The notes under the pieces: model-generated
The model's input: the letters and a program-made list of their open reading frames with translations, nothing else
What the model was told of the DNA's origin: nothing
Database searches by the model: none
Translations under genes and position numbers: made by a program
Shown: piece after piece, positions 52,534-64,000 of the stretch
How positions within the stretch are numbered: the stretch's first letter is position 1
Layout: each line of letters opens with the position of its first letter
Origin: Macrostomum lignano
Taxonomy: Eukaryota
Direction: 5' to 3'
DNA length: 64,000 bases
NCBI GenBank assembly: GCA_002269645.1
Contig: NIVC01000645.1
Location: 62,001 to 126,000 of the forward strand

Positions 52534-53239
52534 AATTATTTATGTATAATACAAAGAATTAAGCATAAAAATACAGCGGTTGTATACTGTGTTTTACTGC
52601 ACCTAAATATTATCGTGCTTTTAACGTGTACAAGTGTATTTTATTAGAAATTAAGTTCAGCAGTTTCGGTCCTGTGTTACTGTGTTTCGTAAAAAAAAAA
52701 ATTGGCGCCCTTTCAAATACTATATTATTGTAAAACTCGCCGCACAGATCCCATTCTATCGAAATAATATTAATATTAAATACACTGACATATACTGGCC
52801 AAACAGGCTTCTTGCCTGAGCCAAATTACTACTACTACTACTACTACTCTTTCGGTCCGTTAGATTGGATGGCATGAAATCCATAGATGGATAGATTATG
52901 GTTATGGATAGTTACTTTTAAAAATCTAATTTTAAAATCACTAGCTTGGTACTTCATAATTTATATGTATTTATTTACCATGTAATGCGCACATATCGTG
53001 CGGATTCATTTGATTTTAAGGGGCAGTTGGAGCAAAACGAATACTCAAGTCTGAAGAAGCTTAACACTTAACAGGCCTAAAAAGCAAGCCTGAAATCCAA
53101 AATGGCGTGAATGGTGACTGAACCAGTCCTTTTTTTAAATATTATTTGAAAGAGTTAACAAATAAATATTAAACATATATCATATTATCATCACATCACA
53201 TATTAAAATGACCACTGCACTGTCACAGTTAGATCTAAA

Positions 53240-54400
53240 TAGCAATCTACGCCCCCCGTTGGGGAGCCAAAGAAATGCAATACACGTTTTTTAATAAGCT
53301 ACATATATCCTTGAAATCTTAAAAAATCTCCTGTCAAACCTTGTAAGCCTTGACATGTCAATAATTCCCCCCCCCACAAGCTTTAACATATCAACTTCCC
53401 CCCTTGACATCTCAGCAATGCCCCCAATAAGCCTTGGAAATCAAAAATATCTGTCAACCTTCTAACCCTAACCCTAGCCTAACCCTAACCCTAACCCTAA
53501 CCCTAACCCTAACCCTAACCTAACCCTAAAGCATTGAAATTTCAGTAATAATTCTCTCTAAGAGTCATTATAGCACTACTACAGCATTATAGCGATTCCC
53601 TGCAAGCCTCGACATCGTAGGGATTCCCAAATGAATCTCTTAACTTCGACATGAAGCTTCTTTTATTTTTTACATTACGCTTTTTTTATCAGCGATCCCT
53701 CCCCTGAGGAGGCATCAAATAATGCAATAAAAAGTTTTCAATAAACTACATGTAGACTTTAGCCTTGAAATCTCATTTATACCCCGTGAGCCTTGACATC
53801 TCAGCTATTCCCCCGTAAGCCTTAACATGTCAGCGATAGCCCCCATAAACCTTGAAATCTAAAAAATCCCCTGTTATTCTGTTAACCTTGAAACCCGATA
53901 AAATCTAACCCTCAACCCACACCTGACCTAAACCTAACTTTAACCCAACCTAAAGCCTTGAAATCTCAGCAATTCTTCTCCCCTAAGCCTTGACATTTTA
54001 GTGATTCCTTCTTTAAGAATCACAGAACTATAACGATTTCCACCTAGCTTTGACATCGTAGCAATTCCCAAATGAATCTTTTAACTTCGACATGACTTTT
54101 CTTTTATGTATACGTAGTGCTACTTTTATTTTTTACATGACTCTTCTTCTATCAGCGTCCCCCCCCGTGGCGAGCCAACAAAGAATGCAATAAAAAAATT
54201 GAGTAAAGTACATGAACTTTGAAGTAGCTTCTGACTTTTGCTTTGACATCTCAGAACCCCCCCCCGTAATCTCAGTTATTCTCTGAGAGCCTTGACGTCT
54301 CAGTTTTTCTCCCCACCACAGCATTATAGCTGCATTTATTTTTACATGACACCCTTCATGTCTGACATGACGCTTCTTTTATTGTACCATGATGCTTCTT
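53240..54400. repeat. Degenerate ~455-bp tandem unit (about 2.5 copies)
   Basis: Recurring CCCC..G..GCCA...AATGCAATA at ~53250, ~53700 and ~54160, and CCCAAATGAATCT.TTAACTTCGACATGA at ~53625 and ~54065. Confidence 0.7.
53463..53528. repeat. Interstitial telomeric repeat (CCCTAA)n
   Basis: About 11 copies with two variants. Confidence 0.95.
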
Positions 54401-57400
54401 AATTTTTTAAATGACACTCATTAGTTTTTAAATGAGGCTTCTATGATTTTTTCTTGACGCTTCTATGATTTTTAAATGACGCTTCTATGATTTTTTACAT
54501 GACGCTTCTATGATTTTTATATGACGCTTCTATGATTGTTTACATGACGCTTCAATGATTTTTTTAAATGACGCTTCTATGATTTTTATATGACGCTTCT
54601 ATGATTGTTTACATGACGCTTCTATGAATTTTTACATGACGCTTCTATGATTTTTAAATGAGGCTTCTATGATTTTTTACATGACGCTTCTATGATTTTT
54701 ATATGACGCTTCTATGATTTTATATGACGCTTCTACGATTTTTTACATGGCGCTTCTATGATTGTTTACATGACGCTTCTATGATTTTTAAATGAGGCTT
54801 GTATTATTTTTTACTTGACGCTTCTATGATTGTTTACATGACGCTTCTATGATTGTTTACATGACGCTTCTTTGATTGTTTACATGACGCTTCTATGATT
54901 GTTTACATGACGCTTCTATGATTTTTACATGACGCTTCTATGAATTTTTACATGACGCTTCTATGATTGTTTACATGACGCTTCTATGATTTTTTACATG
55001 ACGCTTCTATGATTGTTTACATGACGCTTCTATGATTGTTTACATGACGCTTCTATGATTTTTTACATGACGCTTCTATGATTTTTTAAATGACGCTTCT
55101 ATGATTTTTTCATGACGCTGCTACGATTTTTTACATGACGCTTCTATGATTGTTTACATCACGCTTTTGTGATTTTTACATGACGCTTCTATGATTTTTA
55201 AAATGACGCTTCTATGATTGTTTACATGACGCTTCTATGATTGTTTACATGACGCTTCTACGATTTTTTACATGGTGCTTCTATGATTTTTTACATGACG
55301 CTTCTATGATTGTTTACATGACGCTTCTATGAATTTTTACATGACGCTTCTATGATTTTTCAATGAGGCTTCTATGAATTTTTACATGACGCTTCTATGA
55401 CTTTTAAATGAGGCTTCTATGATTTTTTACATGACGCTTCTATGATTTTTTAAATGACGCTTCTATGATTGTTTACATCACGCTTTTGTGATTTTTACAT
55501 GACGCTTCTATGATTTTTAAAATGACGCTTCTATGATTGTTTACATGACGCTTCTATGATTGTTTACATGACGCTTCTATAATTTTTTTAAATGACGCTT
55601 CTATGATTTTTTACATGACGCTTCTATGATTGTTTACATGACGCTTCTAGGATTTTTGACATGACGCTTCTATGATTGTTTACATGACGCTTCTATGAAT
55701 TTTTACAAGACGCTTCTATGATTTTTAAATGACGCTTCTATGATTGTTTAAATGACGCTTCTATAATTGTTTACATGACGCTTCAATGATTTTTTAAATG
55801 ACGCTTCTATGATTTTTATATGACGCTTCTACGATTTTTTAAATGACGCTTCTATGATTGTTTACATGACGCTTCTATGACTTTTTACATGACGCTTCTA
55901 CGATTTTTTACGTGACGCTTCTATGATTGTTTACATGACGCTTCTATGATTTTTTACATGACGCTTCTATGATTGTTTACATGACGCTTCTATGATTTTT
56001 TACGTGACGCTTCTATGATTGTTTACATGACGCTTCTATGATTTTTTACATGACGCTTCTATGATTCATTACATGACGCTTCTATGATTTTTTACATGAC
56101 GCTTCTATGATTCATTACATGACGGTTCTATGATTTTTTACATGACGCTTCTATGATTCATTACAGGACGCTTCTATGATTTTTTACATGACGCTTCTAT
56201 GATTCATTACAGGACGCTTCTATGATTTTTATATGACGCTTCTACGATTTTTTACATGGTGCTTCTATGATTTTTAAATGACGCTTCTATGATTTTTTAC
56301 ATGACGCTTCTATGATTTTTATATGACGCTTCTATGATTGTTTACATGACGCTTCAATGATTTTTTAAATGACGCTTCTATGATTTTTATATGACGCTTC
56401 TACGATTTTTTACATGACGCTTCTATGATTGTTTACATGACGCTTCTATGACTTTTTACATGACGCTTCTACGATTTTTTACGTGACGCTTCTATGATTG
56501 TTTACATGACGCTTCTATGATTGTTTACATGACGCTTCAATGATTTTTTAAATGACGCTTCTATGATTTTTATATGACGCTTCTACGATTTTTTACATGA
56601 CGCTTCTATGATTGTTTACATGACGCTTCTATGACTTTTTACATGACGCTTCTACGATTTTTTACGTGACGCTTCTATGATTGTTTACATGACGCTTCTA
56701 TGATTTTTTACATGACGCTTCTATGATTCATTACATGACGCTTCTATGATTTTTTACATGACGCTTCTATGATTCATTACATGAAGGTTCTATGATTTTT
56801 TACATGACGCTTCTATGATTTTTATATGACGCTTCTACGATTTTTTACATGGTGCTTCTATGATTTTTTACATGACGCTTCTATGATTGTTTACATGACG
56901 CTTCTATGAATTTTTACATGACGCTTCTATGATTTTTAAATGAGGCTTCTATGATTTTTTACATGACGCTTCTATGATTTTTATATGACGCTTCTATGAT
57001 TTTATATGACACTTCTACGATTTTTTACATGGCGCTTCTATGATTGTTTACATGACGCTTCTATGATTTTTAATGAGCTTCTATGATTTTTACATGACGC
57101 TTCTATGATTGTTTACATGACGCTTCTATGATTGTTTACATGACGCTTCTTTGATTGTTTACATGACGCTTCTATGATTGTTTACATGACGCTTCTATGA
57201 TTTTTTACATGACGCTTCTATGATTCATTACATGACGCTTCTATGATTTTTTACATGACGCTTCTATGATTCATTACATGACGCTTCTATGATTTTTTAC
57301 ATGACGCTTCTATGATTTTACATGACGCTTCTATGATTTTTACATGACGCTTCTATGATTGTTTACATGACGCTTCTATGATTTTTATATGACGCTTCTA

Positions 57401-60400
57401 TGATTTTTACATGACGCTTCTATGATTTTTTACATGACGCTTCTATGATTTTTATATGACGCTTCTATGATTTTTTACATGACGCTTCTATGATTTTTAA
57501 ATGACGCTTCTATGATTTTTACATGACGCTTCTATGATTTTTACATGACGCTTCTATGATTTTTACATGACGCTTCTATGATTTTTACATGACGCTTCTA
57601 TGATTTTTAATGACGCTTCTATGATTTTTACATGACGCTTCTATGATTTTTACATGACGCTTCTATGATTTTTACATGACGCTTCTATGATTTTTACATG
57701 ACGCTTCTATGATTGTTTACATGACGCTTCTATGATTTTTACATGACGCTTCTATGATTGTTTACATGACGCTTCTATGATTTTTACATGACGCTTCTAT
57801 GATTTTTACATGACGCTTCTATGATTTTTAAATGACGCTTCTATGATTTTTACATGACGCTTCTATGATTTTTTAAATGACGCTTCTATGATTTTTACAT
57901 GACGCTTCTATGATTTTTACATGACGCTTCTATGATTGTTTACATGACGCTTCTATGATTTTTACATGACGCTTCTATGATTTTTTACATGACGCTTCTA
58001 TGATTGTTTACATGACGCTTCTATGATTTTTTACATGACGCTTCTATGATTGTTTACATGACGCTTCTATGATTTTTTACATGACGCTTCTATGATTTTT
58101 ACATGACGCTTCTATGATTTTTACATGACGCTTCTATGATTTTACATGACGCTTCTATGATTTTTACATGACGCTTCTATGATTCATTACATGACGCTTC
58201 TATGATTTTTTACATGACGCTTCTATGATTTTACATGACGCTTCTATGATTTTTTATGACGCTTCTATGATTTTTACATGACGCTTCTATGATTTTTAAT
58301 GACGCTTCTATGATTTTTTACATGACGCTTCTATGATTTTTAATGACGCTTCTATGATTTTTTACATGACGCTTCTATGATTTTTACATGACGCTTCTAT
58401 GATTTTTACATGACGCTTCTATGATTTTTTACATGACGCTTCTATGATTTTTTACATGACGCTTCTATGATTTTTACATGACGCTTCTATGATTTTTACA
58501 TGACGCTTCTATGATTTTTACATGACGCTTCTATGATTTTTACATGACGCTTCTATGATTTTTACATGACGCTTCTATGATTGTTTACATGACGCTTCTA
58601 TGATTTTTTACATGACGCTTCTATGATTTTTACATGACGCTTCTATGATTTTTACATGACGCTTCTATGATTTTTACATGACGCTTCTATGATTTTTACA
58701 TGACGCTTCTATGATTTTTACATGACGCTTCTATGATTTTTACATGACGCTTCTATGATTTTTTACATGACGCTTCTATGATTTTACATGACGCTTCTAT
58801 GATTTTTTACATGACGCTTCTATGATTTTTACATGACGCTTCTATGATTTTTTACATGACGCTTCTATGATTTTTTACATGACGCTTCTATGATTTTTAC
58901 ATGACGCTTCTATGATTTTTACATGACGCTTCTATGATTTTTACATGACGCTTCTATGATTTTTACATGACGCTTCTATGATTTTTATATGACGCTTCTA
59001 TGATTTTTTGACACTTCTATGATTTTTATATGACGCTTCTATGATTTTTACATGACGCTTCTATGATTTTTACATGAGCTTCTATGATTTTTACATGACG
59101 CTTCTATGATTTTTACATGACGCTTCTATGATTTTTACATGACGCTTCTATGATTGTTTACATGACGCTTCTATGATTGTTTACATGACGCTTCTATGAT
59201 TGTTTACATGACGCTTCTATGATTGTTTACATGACGCTTCTATGATTTTTTACATGACGCTTCTATGATTCATTACATGACGCTTCTATGATTTTTTACA
59301 TGACGCTTCTATGATTTTTTACATGACGCTTCTATGTTTACATGACGCTTCTATGATTTTATATGACGCTTCTATGATTTTTTACATGGCTTCTATGATT
59401 TTTACATGACGCTTCTATGATTTTTATATGACGCTTCTACGATTTTTTACATGGTGCTTCTATGATTTTAATGACGCTTCTATGATTTTTTACATGACGC
59501 TTCTATGATTTTTTACATGACGCTTCTATGATTGTTTACATGACGCTTCTATGATTTTTTACATGACGCTTCTATGATTTTTAAATGACGCTTCTATGAT
59601 TGTTTACATGACGCTTCTATGATTTTTACATGACGCTTCTATGATTTTTTAAATGACGCTTCTATGATTTTTACATGACGCTTCTATGATTGTTTACATG
59701 ACGCTTCTATGATTTTTACATGACGCTTCTATGATTGTTTACATGACGCTTCTATGATTTTTACATGACGCTTCTATGATTTTTAAATGACGCTTCTATG
59801 ATTGTTTAATGACGCTTCTATGATTGTTTACATGACGCTTCAATGATTTTTTAAATGACGCTTCTATGATTTTTATATGACGCTTCTACGATTTTTAATG
59901 ACGCTTCTATGATTGTTTACATGACGCTTCTATGATTTTTACATGACGCTTCTACGATTTTTTACGTGACGCTTCTATGATTGTTTACATGACGCTTCTA
60001 TGATTTTTACATGACATGACGCTTCTATGATTGTTTACATGACGCTTCTATGATTTTTTACATGACGCTTCTATGATTGTTTACATGACGCTTCTATGAT
60101 TTTTTACATGACGCTTCTATGATTTTTACATGACGCTTCTATGATTTTTTACATGACGCTTCTATGATTCATTACATGACGCTTCTATGATTTTTTACAT
60201 GACGCTTCTATGATTCATTACATGACGCTTCTATGATTTTTTACATGACGCTTCTATGATTCATTACAGACGCTTCTATGATTTTTTACATGACGCTTCT
60301 ATGATTTTTTACATGACGCTTCTATGATTTTTATGACGCTTCTATGATTTTTTACATGACGCTTCTATGATTTTTATATGACGCTTCTATGATTTTTACA

Positions 60401-62728
60401 TGACGCTTCTATGATTTTTAATGACGCTTCTATGATTTTTACATGACGCTTCTATGATTTTTTATGACGCTTCTATGATTTTTACATGACGCTTCTATGA
60501 TTTTTACATGACGCTTCTATGATTTTTACATGACGCTTCTATGATTTTTACATGACGCTTCTATGATTTTTACATGACGCTTCTATGATTTTTACATGAC
60601 GCTTCTATGATTTTTACATGACGCTTCTATGATTTTTTACATGACGCTTCTATGATTGTTTACATGACGCTTCTATGATTTTTACATGACGCTTCTATGA
60701 TTTTTACATGACGCTTCTATGATTTTTACATGACGCTTCTATGATTTTTTACATGACGCTTCTATGATTTTTACATGACGCTTCTATGATTTTTTACATG
60801 ACGCTTCTATGATTTTACATGACGCTTCTATGATTTTTTACATGACGCTTCTATGATTTTTACATGACGCTTCTATGATTTTTTACATGACGCTTCTATG
60901 ATTTTTACATGACGCTTCTATGATTTTTACATGACGCTTCTATGATTTTTACATGACGCTTCTATGATTTTTACATGACGCTTCTATGATTTTTTACATG
61001 ACGCTTCTATGATTTTTAATGACGCTTCTATGATTTTTACATGACGCTTCTATGATTTTTACATGACGCTTCTATGATTTTTACATGACGCTTCTATGAT
61101 TTTTAAATGACGCTTCTATGATTTTTACATGACGCTTCTATGATTTTTACATGACGCTTCTATGATTGTTTACATGACGCTTCTATGATTGTTTACATGA
61201 CGCTTCTATGATTGTTTACATGACGCTTCTATGATTTTTACATGACGCTTCTATGATTGTTTACATGACGCTTCTATGATTTTTACATGACGCTTCTATG
61301 ATTCATTACATGACGCTTCTATGATTTTTTACATGACGCTTCTATGATTCATTACATGACGCTTCTATGATTTTTACATGACGCTTCTATGATTGTTTAC
61401 ATGACGCTTCTATGATTTTTATATGACGCTTCTATGATTTTTACATGGTGCTATGATTTTTACATGACGCTTCTATGATTTTTACATGACGCTTCTATGA
61501 TTTTTTACATGACGCTTCTATGATTTTTACATGACGCTTCTATGATTTTTACATGACGCTTCTATGATTTTTACATGACGCTTCTATGATTTTTACATGA
61601 CGCTTCTATGATTTTTTACATGACGCTTCTATGATTTTTAATGACGCTTCTATGATTTTTATGACGCTTCTATGATTTTTACATGACGCTTCTATGATTG
61701 TTTACATGACGCTTCTATGATTTTTACATGACGCTTCTATGATTGTTTACATGACGCTTCTATGATTGTTTACATGACGCTTCTATGATTTTTACATGAC
61801 GCTTCTATGATTGTTTACATGACGCTTCTATGATTGTTTACATGACGCTTCTATGATTTTTTACATGACGCTTCTATGATTTTTACATGACGCTTCTATG
61901 ATTGTTTACATGACGCTTCTATGATTTTTTACATGACGCTTCTATGATTTTTACATGACGCTTCTATGATTTTTACATGACGCTTCTATGATTTTTTACA
62001 TGACGCTTCTATGATTGTTTACATGACGCTTCTATGATTTTTACATGACGCTTCTATGATTTTTTAATGACGCTTCTATGATTGTTTACATGACGCTTCT
62101 ATGATTTTTACATGACGCTTCTATGATTTTTAATGACGCTTCTATGATTTTTACATGACGCTTCTATGATTGTTTACATGACGCTTCTATGATTTTTACA
62201 TGACGCTTCTATGATTTTTTACATGACGCTTCTATGATTTTTACATGACGCTTCTATGATTTTTACATGACGCTTCTATGATTTTTAATGACGCTTCTAT
62301 GATTTTTACATGACGCTTCTATGATTTTTAATGAGCTTCTATGATTTTTACATGACGCTTCTATGATTTTTTAAATGACGCTTCTATGATTGTTTACATG
62401 ACGCTTCTATGATTTTTACATGACGCTTCTATGATTTTTAATGACGCTTCTATGATTTTTACATGACGCTTCTATGATTGTTTACATGACGCTTCTATAT
62501 TTTTAATGACGCTTCTATGATTTTTTACATGACGCTTCTATGATTGTTTACATGACGCTTCTATGATTTTTACATGACGCTTCTATGATTTTTAATGACG
62601 CTTCTATGATTTTTACATGACGCTTCTATGATTTTTTACATGACGCTTCTATGATTTTTACATGACGCTTCTATGATTGTTTACATGACGCTTCTATGAC
62701 GACTTCTATGATTTTTACATGACGCTTC
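54400..62728. repeat. 8.3-kb satellite, 21-22-bp unit
   Basis: ACATGACGCTTCTATGATTTTT(T), with ATTGTTT and ATTCATT variants. Confidence 0.99.
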
Positions 62729-63273
62729 TTTTTAAAAAGTCTTTTAGTTTTCCTGATGTTGAAAAGCTTTAATTAAAAAAATTATACTCTATGAAAATTC
62801 GAACCGTCGTCGCTGAATTTAGCAGTTCAGTTTGTTCACCTCTAGGCTAGCTCTCATCGTTTTGATAACATCAAATTTTGCACTTATATAATTCAACACT
62901 TTAAAATCCAAGCATAGAGTAAATCACGTGTACGAAGCAGTTATGACATAATCAGTTTCTCAGTCAGTCAGTATCAGTTAACAATATGGTTACGCAATTT
63001 AAATCAAGTCTGGTGCTACGCTTCCACACTGCATTTTCAATTCAAGTCGGAGTTACAATTCAGTTATGATGCAATCTATTTCAGAATCAGAATTCAACCA
63101 GTCAGTTTTTTCTCTAGCATTCTTACAATGCATTTCAAGTCAAAAAGTTTGCTTGACCTTTGCAAAAAAGCATGTTTTTCGAATATTTAATGCCTTTAGC
63201 ATCGAGCAATTTCTTAGCCACGATGCATGTACAGTCACGGGAAAATTTCTGATCGAACAGTGCAAGTTCGAAC

Positions 63274-63341
63274 AAAATCGGTCCAGCCATTTTTTCTCTA
63301 ATCTATCACATATATATAGACATCACATTTTTAGTATATAG
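63274..63341 (+). mobile_element. Possible 3' end of a non-autonomous Helitron-like repeat
   Basis: AAAAT.GG..AGCCATTTTT...TCACATAT...TTTTAGTATATAG, also seen at 30425-30492. Confidence 0.3.
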
Positions 63342-64000
63342 GAAGGAAGTAAAAATAAAATCCAAATCAAATGCAATGCATAATTATAAGTAGCTACCTT
63401 ACCTTACAAATGCAATAATTCATGTTTTTAAAGATTTCTTATGTTTATTAGTTATTGATTCATGATTTCTTAACATAAAAAGCCCTTTTGGTACAACTAA
63501 TTGTTGGGGCTAAGGTAAAAAGAGCAATAGATCAAAAAGTCAACAGTCAGAATGGTAATAGTCAAAAGGATGACAATCATAATATTATTATAATTACAAG
63601 TGCACATTTGACTTCTATATATTTAAAATTTATTTGTTAATGTTGAAATGTATAAATAGTTAAAATTAGGCCTAGACTTATGTGTGCATATTTGTTAACT
63701 TTTATAAATTTTACAAGTAGTAATAATATAAATTTGCAATCTATTTTATGATTTTATAAAAAGTTAGTATATAAATAAACAACTGGAATACAAGCCACTC
63801 CAGTAACAGCCACTTTAGTAACAAAGTAGATTTACAACTATTAATACTATATTTCTGTGGTAATTAAATTTAGTAACACTTAGTTTATTAATTAATATCT
63901 CAAATATTGTATTTCCATATATAGTTTAATGTTCTAGTAAGTTGTATTATAATTTGTTTAAACTTGTGCATTAGGCCTAACTTTATGATAAATTTGAAGG

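Noticed and set aside
53463-53528. True chromosome end
   Set aside because: Only ~66 bp long and flanked by non-telomeric sequence on both sides.

Overview
AT-rich animal genomic DNA with GC-rich exons. The style (minisatellite-filled introns, TTAGGG-type repeats) suggests a free-living flatworm such as Macrostomum; this is an inference. Three spliced genes can be reconstructed by hand. (1) A CACHD1-like VWA/Cache membrane protein on the minus strand (12 exons, 11339 to beyond position 1) with one 1-bp frameshift. (2) DEK (4 exons, 36797-40040). (3) A RING-less TRIM71/lin-41-like B-box/coiled-coil/filamin/6xNHL gene (6 exons, 41545-47322) whose 3' region has let-7 and lin-4/miR-125 seed matches. 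A young, full-length Ty3/gypsy element (20074-30166, minus) has 958-bp LTRs, a TATT TSD, a tRNA-Leu-like PBS and a GGGAAAC -1 frameshift site. It also has several unusual traits: an extra 146-aa ORF with its own TATA-like box, a hairpin-motif array upstream of that ORF, a ~200-aa insert between RNase H and integrase, a second PBS-like motif inside the LTR, and no polypurine tract. This accessory module is the best candidate for novel biology. The rest of the window holds several TSD-flanked non-autonomous DNA transposons, a tRNA-derived SINE, about 20 different minisatellites, an interstitial telomeric tract and an 8.3-kb 21-22-bp satellite. All alignments and comparisons were done by eye; no searches were run.
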